A stretch of 64,000 nucleotides of DNA from Auanema rhodensis (Eukaryota > Animalia > Nematoda), in NCBI GenBank assembly GCA_964057225.1, contig OZ059894.1, forward strand, positions 4,340,001 through 4,404,000. The letters run 5' to 3'. The translations under genes were made by a program, and so were the position numbers. Positions 1-12,100 of the stretch are shown here, in pieces. The first letter of the stretch is position 1. Every line of letters begins with the position of its first letter. The notes beneath the pieces are model-generated. The model made no database searches. It saw only the letters and a list, made by a program, of their open reading frames with translations, and was not told the origin of the DNA.

Positions 1-73
1 TTCGTTGAATAACATTGTCCATCGTCTTTGCCTTAAAAAATGGAATCTAAAAACATCTACTTTTTGGTAAATT

Positions 74-108
74 ATTTTGAAATTTTTCGAAAAAATTTTT
101 GTCAAAAT
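74..108. other. A/T-tract quasi-palindrome centred on TTCGAA, in each monomer
   Basis: Perfect 12-bp palindrome TTTTTCGAAAAA (83-94), flanked by ATTTTGA (74-80)/TCAAAAT (102-108). An alternative outer pair is AAAAACAT (49-56)/ATGTTTTT (107-114). Confidence 0.88.
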
Positions 109-121
109 GTTTTTGGAAGCA

Positions 122-149
122 ATGTTGAGTGTACATGGAAACTCAACAT
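122..149. other. Perfect 9-bp inverted repeat with 10-nt spacer, in each monomer
   Basis: ATGTTGAGT-gtacatggaa-ACTCAACAT. Confidence 0.92.
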
Positions 150-223
150 ACACGAATGCATCATTTTTCAAACGATCATAACTAATTTTTGTATTAAGCG
201 TTTTTCAATGTAGTATAGTGCAT

Positions 224-290
224 TCGATGCGGATTTTTAAGCTGCGTCGATCTGTGTTATCAGATTTGCGCTAGCTTAAAAATGCACCGA
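224..290. other. Long imperfect inverted repeat in each monomer (potential hairpin/cruciform)
   Basis: ATTTTTAAGCT (233-243) and AGCTTAAAAAT (273-283) form a perfect 11-bp pair. Inner pairs are GCG/CGC and ATCTG (250-254)/CAGAT (261-265) around a 6-nt loop. The outer pair TCGATGC (224-230)/GCACCGA (284-290) matches 6/7. Confidence 0.9.
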
Positions 291-651
291 GATATCAACT
301 GATACAAGTTCACACTTATATCCTCGATTTTCACCCTGAAGAAATAATTTTTTCGTTGAATAACATTGTCCATCGTCTTCGCCTTGAAAAAAGGAATCTA
401 AAAACATCTACTTTTTACTAAATTATTTTGAAATTTTCCGAAAAAATTTTTGTCAAAATGTTTTTGGAAGCAATGTTGAGTGTACATGGAAACTCAACAT
501 ACACTAATGCATCATTTTTCAAACGATCATAACTAATTTTTGTATTAAGCTTTTCTCAATGTAGTATAGTGCATTCGATGCGGATTTTTAAGCTGCGTCG
601 ATCTGTGTTATCAGATTTGCGCTAGCTTAAAAATTCACCGAGATATCAACT

Positions 652-673
652 GATATAAGTTCACACTTATATC
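652..673. other. Perfect 9-bp inverted repeat with 4-nt loop (monomer positions 301-322; shown in M2)
   Basis: GATATAAGT-tcac-ACTTATATC. It overlaps a second dyad, ATATCA-ac-TGATAT (monomer positions 292-305). Confidence 0.92.
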
Positions 674-3159
674 CTCGATTTTCACCCTGAAGAAATAAAT
701 TTTTCGTTGAATAACATTGTCCATCGTCTTTGCCTTAAAAAATGGAATCTAAAAACATCTACTTTTTGGTAAATTATTTTGAAATTTTTCGAAAAAATTT
801 TTGTCAAAATGTTTTTGGAAGCAATGTTGAGTGTACATGGAAACTCAACATATACGAATGCATCATTTTTCAAACGATCATAACTTATTTTTGTATTAAG
901 CTTTTCTCAATGTAGTATAGTGCATTCGATGCGGATTTTTAAGCTGCGTCGATCTGTGTTATCAGATTTGCGCTAGCTTAAAAATGCACCGAGATATCAA
1001 CTGATATAAGTTCACACTTTTATCCTCGATTTTCACCCTGAAGAAATAATTTTTTCGTTGAATAACATTGTCCATCGTCTTCGCCTTGAAAAAAGGAATC
1101 TAAAAACATCTACTTTTTACTAAATTATTTTGAAATTTTCCGAAAAAATTTTTGTCAAAATGTTTTTGGAAGCAATGTTGAGTGTACATAGAAACTCAAC
1201 ATACACTAATGCATCATTTTTCAAACGATCATAACTAATTTTTGTATTAAGCTTTTCTCAATGTAGTATAGTGCATTCGATGCGGATTTTTAAGCTGCGT
1301 CGATCTGTGTTATCAGATTTGCGCTAGCTTAAAAATGCACCGAGATATCAACTGATATAAGTTCACACTTATATCCTCGATTTTCACCCTGAAGAAATAA
1401 TTTTTTCGTTGAATAACATTGTCCATCGTCTTTGCCTTGAAAAAAGGAATCTAAAAACATCTACTTTTTGCTAAATTATTTTGAAATTTTTCGAAAAAAT
1501 TTTTGTCAAAATGTTTTTGGAAGCAATGTTGAGTGTACATGGAAACTCAACATACACTAATGCATCATTTTTCAAACGATCATAACTTATTTTTGTATTA
1601 AGCTTTTCTCAATGTAGTATAGTGCATTCGATGCGGATTTTTAAGCTGCGTCGATCTGTGTTATCAGATTTGCGCTAGCTTAAAAATGCACCGAGATATC
1701 AACTGATATAAGTTCACACTTATATCCTCGATTTTCACCCTGAAGAATTAACTTTTTCGTTGAATAACATTGTCTATCGTCTTTGCCTTGAAAAATGGAA
1801 TCTAAAAACATCTACTTTTTGCTAAATTATTTTGAAATTTTTCGAAAAAATTTTTGTCAAAATGTTTTTGGAAGCAATGTTGAGTGTACATGGAAACTCA
1901 ACATACACTAATGCATCATTTTTCAAACGATCATAACTAATTTTTGTATTAAGCTTTTCTCAATGTAGTATAGTGCATTCGATGCGGATTTTTAAGCTGC
2001 GTCGATCTGTGTTATCAGATTTGCGCTAGCTTAAAAATGCACCGAGATATCAACTGATATAAGTTCACACTTATATCCTCGATTTTCACCCTGAAGAATT
2101 AACTTTTTCGTTGAATAACATTGTCTATCGTCTTTGCCTTGAAAAATGGAATTTAAAAACATCTACTTTTTGCTAAATTATTTTGAAATTTTTCGAAAAA
2201 ATTTTTGTCAAAATGTTTTTGGAAGCAATGTTGAGTGTACATGGAAACTCAACATACACTAATGCATCATTTTTCAAACGATCATAACTAATTTTTGTAA
2301 TAAGCGTTTCTCAATGTAGTATAGTGCATTCGATGCGGATTTTTAAGCTGCATCGATCTGTGTTATCAGATTTGCGCTAGCTTAAAAATGCACCGAGATA
2401 TCAACTGATATAAGTTCACACTTATATCCTCGATTTTCACCCTGAAGAATTAATTTTTTCGTTGAATCACATCGTCCATCGTCTTTGCCTTGAAAAAAGG
2501 AATCTAAAAACATCTACTTTTTGCTAAATTATTTTGAAATTTTTCGAAAAAATTTTTGTCAAAATGTTTTTGGAAGCAATGTTGAGTGTACATGGAAACT
2601 CAACATACACTAATGCATCATTTTTCAAACGATCATAACTAATTTTTGTAATAAGCGTTTCTCAATGTAGTATAGTGCATTCGATGCGGATTTTTAAGCT
2701 GCATCGATCTGTGTTATCAGATTTGCGCTAGCTTAAAAATGCACCGAGATATCAACTGATATAAGTTCACACTTATATCCTCGATTTTCACCCTGAAGAA
2801 TTAATTTTTTCGTTGAATAACATTGTCCATCGTCTTTGTCTTGAAAAAAGGAATCTAAAAACATCTACTTTTCGCTAAATTATTTTGAAATTTTTCGAAA
2901 AAATTTTTGTCAAAATGTTTTTGGAAGCAATGTTGAGTGTACATGGAAACTCAACATACACTAATTCATCATTTTTCAAACGATCATAACTAATTTTTGT
3001 ATTGAGCGTTTCTCAATGTAGTATAGTGCATTCGATGCGGATTTTTAAGCTGCATCGATCTGTGTTATCAGATTTGCGCTAGCTTAAAAATGCACCGAGA
3101 TATCAACTGATATAAGTTCACACTTATATCCTCGATTTTCACCCTGAAGAATTAATTTT

Positions 3160-6100
3160 TTCGTTGAATAACAATGTCCATCGTCTTTGCCTCAAAAAAA
3201 GGTATCTAAAAACATCTACTTTTTGCTAAATTATTTTGAAATTTTTCGAAAAAATTTTTGTCAAAATGTTTTTGGAAGCAATGTTGAGTGTACATGGAAA
3301 CTCAACATACACTAATGCATCATTTTTCAAACGATCATAACTAATTTTTGTATTAAGCGTTTCTCAATGTAGTATAGTGCATTCGATGCGGATTTTTAAG
3401 CTGCGTCGATCTGTTTTATCAGATTTGCGCTAGCTTAAAAATGCACCGAGATATCAACTGATATAAGTTCACACTTATATCCTCGATTTTCACCCTGAAG
3501 AATTAATTTTTTCGTTGAATAACAATGTCCATCGTCTTCGCCTTAAAAAAAGGTATCTAAAAACATCTACTTTTTGCTAAATTATTTTGAAATTTTTCGA
3601 AAAAATTTTTGTCAAAATGTTTTTGGAAGCAATGTTGAGTGTACATGGAAACTCAACATACACTAATGCATCATTTTTCAAACGATCATAACTAATTTTT
3701 GTATTAAGCGTTTCTCAATGTAGTATAGTGCATTCGATGCGGATTTTTAAGCTGCGTCGATCTGTTTTATCAGATTTGCGCAAGCTTAAAAATGCACCGA
3801 GATATCAACTGATATAAGTTCACACTTATATCCTCGATTTTCACCCTGAAGAATTAAGTTTTTCGTTGAATAACAATGTCCATCGTCTTCGCCTTAAAAA
3901 AAGGTATCTAAAAACATCTACTTTTTGCTAAATTATTTTGAAATTTTTCGAAAAAATTTTTGTCAAAATGTTTTTGGAAGCAATGTTGAGTGTACATGGA
4001 AACTCAACATACACTAATGCATCATTTTTCAAACGATCATAACTAATTTTTGTATTAAGCGTTTCTCAATGTAGTATAGTGCATTCGATGCGGATTTTTA
4101 AGCTGCGTCGATCTGTTTTATCAGATTTGCGCTAGCTTAAAAATGCACCGAGATATCAACTGATATAAGTTCACACTTATATCCTCGATTTTCAGCCTGA
4201 AGAATTAATTTTTTCGTTGAATAACAATGTCCATCGTCTTCGCCTGAAAAAAAGGTATCTAAAAACATCTACTTTTTGCTAAATTATTTTGAAATTTTTC
4301 GAAAAAATTTTTGTCAAAATGTTTTTGGAAGCAATGTTGAGTGTACATGGAAACTCAACATACACTAATGCATCATTTTTCAAACGATCATAACTAATTT
4401 TTGTATTAAGCGTTTCTCAATGTAGTATAGTGCATTCGATGCGGATTTTGAAGCTGCGTCGATCTGTTTTATCAGATTTGCGCTAGCTTAAAAATGCACC
4501 GAGATATCAACTGATATAAGTTCACACTTATATCCTCGATTTTCACCCTGAAGAATTAATTTTTTCGTTGAATAACAATGTCCATCGTCTTCGCCTTAAA
4601 AAAAGGTATCTAAAAACATCTACTTTTTGCTAAATTATTTTGAAATTTTTCGAAAAAATTTTTGTCAAAATGTTTTTGGAAGCAATGTTGAGTGTACATG
4701 GAAACTCAACATACACTAATGCATCATTTTTCAAACGATCATAACTAATTTTTGTATTAAGCGTTTCTCAATGTAGTATAGTGCATTCGATGCGGATTTT
4801 TAAGCTGCGTCGATCTGTTTTATCAGATTTGCGCTAGCTTAAAAATGCACCGAGATATCAACTGATATAAGTTCACACTTATATCCTCGATTTTCACCCT
4901 GAAGAATTAATTTTTTCGTTGAATCACATCGTCCATCGTCTTTGCCTTGAAAAAAGGAATCTAAAAACATCTACTTTTTGCTAAATTATTTTGAAATTTT
5001 TCGAAAAAATTTTTGTCAAAATGTTTTTGGAAGCAATGTTGAGTGTACATGGAAACTCAACATACACTAATGCATCATTTTTCAAACGATCATAACTAAT
5101 TTTTGTATTAAGCGTTTCTCGATGTAGTATAGTGCATTCGATGCGGATTTTTAAGCTGCATCGATCTGTGTTATCAGATTTGCGCTAGCTTAAAAATGCA
5201 CCGAGATATCAACTGATATAAGTTCACACTTATATCCTCGATTTTCACCCTGAAGAATTAATTTTTTCGTTGAATAACAATGTCCATCGTCTTCGCCTTG
5301 AAAAAAGGAATCTAAAAACATCTACTTTTTGCTAAATTATTTTGAAATTTTTCGAAAAAATTTTTGTCAAAATGTTTTTGGAAGCAATGTTGAGTGTACA
5401 TGGAAACTCAACATACACTAATTCATCATTTTTCAAACGATCATAACTAATTTTTGTATTGAGCGTTTCTCAATGTAGTATAGTGCATTCGATGCGGATT
5501 TTTAAGCTGCATCGATCTGTGTTATCAAATTTGCGCTAGCTTAAAAATGCACCGAGATATCAACTGATATAAGTTCACACTTATATCCTCGATTTTCACC
5601 CTGAAGAATTAATTTTTTCGTTGAATAACAATGTCCATCGTCTTTGCCTCAAAAAAAGGTATCTAAAAACATCTACTTTTTGCTAAATTATTTTGAAATT
5701 TTTCGAAAAAATTTTTGTCAAAATGTTTTTGGAAGCAATGTTGAGTGTACATGGAAACTCAACATACACTAATGCATCATTTTTCAAACGATCATAACTA
5801 ATTTTTGTATTAAGCGTTTCTTAATGTAGTATAGTGCATTCGATGCGGATTTTTAAGCTGCGTCGATCTGTTTTATCAGATTTGCGCTAGCTTAAAAATG
5901 CACCGAGATATCAACTGATATAAGTTCACACTTATATCCTCGATTTTCACCCTGAAGAATTAATTTTTTCGTTGAATAACAATGTCCATCGTCTTCGCCT
6001 TAAAAAAAGGTATCTAAAAACATCTACTTTTTGCTAAATTATTTTGAAATTTTTCGAAAAAATTTTTGTCAAAATGTTTTTGGAAGCAATGTTGAGTGTA

Positions 6101-9100
6101 CATGGAAACTCAACATACACTAATGCATCATTTTTCAAACGATCATAACTAATTTTTGTATTAAGCGTTTCTCAATGTAGTATAGTGCATTCGATGCGGA
6201 TTTTTAAGCTGCGTCGATCTGTGTTATCAGATTTGCGCTAGCTTAAAAATGCACCGAGATATCAACTGATATAAGTTCACACTTATATCCTCGATTTTCA
6301 CCCTGAAGAATTACTTTTTTCGTTGAATAACAATGTCCATCGTCTTCGCCTTGAAAAAAAAAAATCTAAAAACATCTACTTTTTGCTAAATTATTTTGAA
6401 ATTTTTCGAAAAAATTTTTGTCAAAATGTTTTTGGAAGCAATGTTGAGTGTACATGGAAACTCAACATACACTAATTCATCATTTTTCAAACGATCATAA
6501 CTAATTTTTGTATTGAGCGTTTCTCAATGTAGTATAGTGCATTCGATGCGGATTTTTAAGCTGCATCGATCTGTGTTATCAGATTTGCGCTAGCTTAAAA
6601 ATGCACCGAGATATCAACTGATATAAGTTCACACTTATATCCTCGATTTTCACCCTGAAGAATTAATTTTTTCGTTGAATAACAATGTCCATCGTCTTCG
6701 CCTTAAAAAAAGGTATCTAAAAACATCTACTTTTTGCTAAATTATTTTGAAATTTTTCGAAAAAATTTTTGTCAAAATGTTTTTGGAAGCAATGTTGAGT
6801 GTACATGGAAACTCAACATACACTAATGCATCATTTTTCAAACGATCATAACTAATTTTTGTATTAAGCGTTTCTTAATGTAGTATAGTGCATTCGATGC
6901 GGATTTTTAAGCTGCGTCGATCTGTTTTATCAGATTTGCGCTAGCTTAAAAATGCACCGAGATATCAACTGATATAAGTTCACACTTATATCCTCGATTT
7001 TCACCCTGAAGAATTAATTTTTTCGTTGAATAACAATGTCCATCGTCTTCGCCTTAAAAAAAGGTATCTAAAAACATCTACTTTTTGCTAAATTATTTTG
7101 AAATTTTTCGAAAAAATTTTTGTCAAAATGTTTTTGGAAGCAATGTTGAGTGTACATGGAAACTCAACATACACTAATGCATCATTTTTCAAACGATCAT
7201 AACTAATTTTTGTATTAAGCGTTTCTCAATGTAGTATAGTGCATTCGATGCGGATTTTTAAGCTGCGTCGATCTGTGTTATCAGATTTGCGCTAGCTTAA
7301 AAATGCACCGAGATATCAACTGATATAAGTTCACACTTATATCCTCGATTTTCACCCTGAAGAATTACTTTTTTCGTTGAATAACAATGTCCATCGTCTT
7401 CGCCTTGAAAAAAAAAAATCTAAAAACATCTACTTTTTGCTAAATTATTTTGAAATTTTTCGAAAAAATTTTTGTCAAAATGTTTTTGGAAGCAATGTTG
7501 AGTGTACATGGAAACTCAACATACACTAATTCATCATTTTTCAAACGATCATAACTAATTTTTGTATTGAGCGTTTCTCAATGTAGTATAGTGCATTCGA
7601 TGCGGATTTTTAAGCTGCATCGATCTGTGTTATCAGATTTGCGCTAGCTTAAAAATGCACCGAGATATCAACTGATATAAGTTCACACTTATATCCTCGA
7701 TTTTCACCCTGAAGAATTAATTTTTTCGTTGAATAACAATGTCCATCGTCTTCGCCTTAAAAAAAGGTATCTAAAAACATCTACTTTTTGCTAAATTATT
7801 TTGAAATTTTTCGAAAAAATTTTTGTCAAAATGTTTTTGGAAGCAATGTTGAGTGTACATGGAAACTCAACATACACTAATGCATCATTTTTCAAACGAT
7901 CATAACTAATTTTTGTATTAAGCGTTTCTCAATGTAGTATAGTGCATTCGATGCGGATTTTTAAGCTGCGTCGATCTGTGTTATCAGATTTGCGCTAGCT
8001 TAAAAATGCACCGAGATATCAACTGATATAAGTTCACACTTATATCCTCGATTTTCACCCTGAAGAATTAATTTTTTCGTTGAATAACAATGTCCATCAT
8101 CTTTGCCTCAAAAAAAGGTATCTAAAAACATCTACTTTTTGCTGAATTATTTTGAAATTTTTCGAAAAAATTTTTGTCAAAATGTTTTTGGAAGCAATGT
8201 TGAGTGTACATGGAAACTCAACATACACTAATGCATCATTTTTCAAACGATCATAACTAATTTTTGTATTAAGCGTTTCTTAATGTAGTATAGTGCATTC
8301 GATGCGGATTTTTAAGCTGCGTCGATCTGTTTTATCAGATTTGCGCTAGCTTAAAAATGCACCGAGATATCAACTGATATAAGTTCACACTTATATCCTC
8401 GATTTTCACCCTGAAGAATTAATTTTTTCGTTGAATAACAATGTCCATCGTCTTCGCCTTAAAAAAAGGTATCTAAAAACATCTACTTTTTGCTAAATTA
8501 TTTTGAAATTTTTCGAAAAAATTTTTGTCAAAATGTTTTTGGAAGCAATGTTGAGTGTACATGGAAACTCAACATACACTAATGCATCATTTTTCAAACG
8601 ATCATAACTAATTTTTGTATTAAGCGTTTCTCAATGTAGTATAGTGCATTCGATGCGGATTTTTAAGCTGCGTCGATCTGTGTTATCAGATTTGCGCTAG
8701 CTTAAAAATGCACCGAGATATCAACTGATATAAGTTCACACTTATATCCTCGATTTTCACCCTGAAGAATTACTTTTTTCGTTGAATAACAATGTCCATC
8801 GTCTTCGCCTTGAAAAAAAAAAATCTAAAAACATCTACTTTTTGCTAAATTATTTTGAAATTTTTCGAAAAAATTTTTGTCAAAATGTTTTTGGAAGCAA
8901 TGTTGAGTGTACATGGAAACTCAACATACACTAATTCATCATTTTTCAAACGATCATAACTAATTTTTGTATTGAGCGTTTCTCAATGTAGTATAGTGCA
9001 TTCGATGCGGATTTTGAAGCTGCGTCGATCTGTTTTATCAGATTTGCGCTAGCTTAAAAATGCACCGAGATATCAACTGATATAAGTTCACACTTATATC

Positions 9101-12100
9101 CTCGATTTTCACCCTGAAGAATTAATTTTTTCGTTGAATAACAATGTCCATCGTCTTCGCCTTAAAAAAAGGTATCTAAAAACATCTACTTTTTGCTAAA
9201 TTATTTTGAAATTTTTCGAAAAAATTTTTGTCAAAATGTTTTTGGAAGCAATGTTGAGTGTACATGGAAACTCAACATACACTAATGCATCATTTTTCAA
9301 ACGATCATAACTAATTTTTGTATTAAGCGTTTCTCAATGTAGTATAGTGCATTCGATGCGGATTTTTAAGCTGCGTCGATCTGTTTTATCAGATTTGCGC
9401 TAGCTTAAAAATGCACCGAGATATCAACTGATATAAGTTCACACTTATATCCTCGATTTTCACCCTGAAGAATTAATTTTTTCGTTGAATCACATCGTCC
9501 ATCGTCTTTGCCTTGAAAAAAGGAATCTAAAAACATCTACTTTTTGCTAAATTATTTTGAAATTTTTCGAAAAAATTTTTGTCAAAATGTTTTTGGAAGC
9601 AATGTTGAGTGTACATGGAAACTCAACATACACTAATGCATCATTTTTCAAACGATCATAACTAATTTTTGTATTAAGCGTTTCTCGATGTAGTATAGTG
9701 CATTCGATGCGGATTTTTAAGCTGCATCGATCTGTGTTATCAGATTTGCGCTAGCTTAAAAATGCACCGAGATATCAACTGATATAAGTTCACACTTATA
9801 TCCTCGATTTTCACCCTGAAGAATTAATTTTTTCGTTGAATAACAATGTCCATCGTCTTCGCCTTGAAAAAAGGAATCTAAAAACATCTACTTTTTGCTA
9901 AATTATTTTGAAATTTTTCGAAAAAATTTTTGTCAAAATGTTTTTGGAAGCAATGTTGAGTGTACATGGAAACTCAACATACACTAATTCATCATTTTTC
10001 AAACGATCATAACTAATTTTTGTATTGAGCGTTTCTCAATGTAGTATAGTGCATTCGATGCGGATTTTTAAGCTGCATCGATCTGTGTTATCAAATTTGC
10101 GCTAGCTTAAAAATGCACCGAGATATCAACTGATATAAGTTCACACTTATATCCTCGATTTTCACCCTGAAGAATTAATTTTTTCGTTGAATAACAATGT
10201 CCATCGTCTTTGCCTCAAAAAAAGGTATCTAAAAACATCTACTTTTTGCTAAATTATTTTGAAATTTTTCGAAAAAATTTTTGTCAAAATGTTTTTGGAA
10301 GCAATGTTGAGTGTACATGGAAACTCAACATACACTAATGCATCATTTTTCAAACGATCATAACTAATTTTTGTATTAAGCGTTTCTTAATGTAGTATAG
10401 TGCATTCGATGCGGATTTTTAAGCTGCGTCGATCTGTTTTATCAGATTTGCGCTAGCTTAAAAATGCACCGAGATATCAACTGATATAAGTTCACACTTA
10501 TATCCTCGATTTTCACCCTGAAGAATTAATTTTTTCGTTGAATAACAATGTCCATCGTCTTCGCCTTAAAAAAAGGTATCTAAAAACATCTACTTTTTGC
10601 TAAATTATTTTGAAATTTTTCGAAAAAATTTTTGTCAAAATGTTTTTGGAAGCAATGTTGAGTGTACATGGAAACTCAACATACACTAATGCATCATTTT
10701 TCAAACGATCATAACTAATTTTTGTATTAAGCGTTTCTCAATGTAGTATAGTGCATTCGATGCGGATTTTTAAGCTGCGTCGATCTGTGTTATCAGATTT
10801 GCGCTAGCTTAAAAATGCACCGAGATATCAACTGATATAAGTTCACACTTATATCCTCGATTTTCACCCTGAAGAATTACTTTTTTCGTTGAATAACAAT
10901 GTCCATCGTCTTCGCCTTGAAAAAAAAAAATCTAAAAACATCTACTTTTTGCTAAATTATTTTGAAATTTTTCGAAAAAATTTTTGTCAAAATGTTTTTG
11001 GAAGCAATGTTGAGTGTACATGGAAACTCAACATACACTAATTCATCATTTTTCAAACGATCATAACTAATTTTTGTATTGAGCGTTTCTCAATGTAGTA
11101 TAGTGCATTCGATGCGGATTTTTAAGCTGCATCGATCTGTGTTATCAGATTTGCGCTAGCTTAAAAATGCACCGAGATATCAACTGATATAAGTTCACAC
11201 TTATATCCTCGATTTTCACCCTGAAGAATTAATTTTTTCGTTGAATAACAATGTCCATCATCTTTGCCTCAAAAAAAGGTATCTAAAAACATCTACTTTT
11301 TGCTGAATTATTTTGAAATTTTTCGAAAAAATTTTTGTCAAAATGTTTTTGGAAGCAATGTTGAGTGTACATGGAAACTCAACATACACTAATGCATCAT
11401 TTTTCAAACGATCATAACTAATTTTTGTATTAAGCGTTTCTTAATGTAGTATAGTGCATTCGATGCGGATTTTTAAGCTGCGTCGATCTGTTTTATCAGA
11501 TTTGCGCTAGCTTAAAAATGCACCGAGATATCAACTGATATAAGTTCACACTTATATCCTCGATTTTCACCCTGAAGAATTAATTTTTTCGTTGAATAAC
11601 AATGTCCATCGTCTTCGCCTTAAAAAAAGGTATCTAAAAACATCTACTTTTTGCTAAATTATTTTGAAATTTTTCGAAAAAATTTTTGTCAAAATGTTTT
11701 TGGAAGCAATGTTGAGTGTACATGGAAACTCAACATACACTAATGCATCATTTTTCAAACGATCATAACTAATTTTTGTATTAAGCGTTTCTCAATGTAG
11801 TATAGTGCATTCGATGCGGATTTTTAAGCTGCGTCGATCTGTGTTATCAGATTTGCGCTAGCTTAAAAATGCACCGAGATATCAACTGATATAAGTTCAC
11901 ACTTATATCCTCGATTTTCACACTGAAGAATTACTTTTTTCGTTGAATAACAATGTCCATCGTCTTCGCCTTGAAAAAAAAAAATCTAAAAACATCTACT
12001 TTTTGCTAAATTATTTTGAAATTTTTCGAAAAAATTTTTGTCAAAATGTTTTTGGAAGCAATGTTGAGTGTACATGGAAACTCAACATACACTAATTCAT

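Larger units (their letters stand above)
1..351. repeat. Representative monomer M1 (arbitrary phase)
   Basis: Consensus has about 110 G+C in 351 bp. It has an A/T-tract-rich segment (monomer positions ~34-114) and a more GC-rich segment (~220-300). Consensus sites include TTCGAA (86-91), TGTACA (130-135), ATGCAT (157-162), GCTAGC (270-275) and GATATC (291-296). Confidence 0.97.
1..3159. repeat. Variant domain A (M1-M9)
   Basis: Alleles include AACATTG, AAGCTTTT (M2-M6), GAAATAA monomer ends (M1-M4), AAAAATGGA (M1, M3, M6, M7) and TTTTTGGT/TTTTACT. M7-M9 are transitional toward domain B. Confidence 0.75.

Noticed and set aside
250-274. Helitron-like 3' end (small hairpin followed by CTAG)
   Set aside because: The stem is short and not GC-rich, the CTAG is embedded in the larger hairpin, and no termini or insertion site are visible. 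This is insufficient to call a mobile element.
1-351. Tandem RNA gene cluster (5S rRNA, tRNA, snRNA, spliced leader)
   Set aside because: I recognised no such sequence or Pol III box pattern. An Rfam/Infernal scan would be the decisive test.
1-351. Internal ~175-bp dimer structure, or assignment to a named satellite such as Drosophila 1.688 or Tribolium TCAST
   Set aside because: I saw no convincing similarity between the two halves by eye, and similar length and AT content alone do not establish family identity.
351-367. CENP-B box-like motif TTTCGTTGAATAACATT
   Set aside because: It matches the 5' part (TTCG and the A at position 10) but lacks CGGG, giving only 5 of 9 essential bases.
682-873. 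63-aa minus-strand ORF
   Set aside because: It lies wholly in satellite and starts at TTG. It is open only because a C>G SNP at 769 converts the consensus TAG to TAC. The product is a low-complexity K/F/I/N-rich translation.
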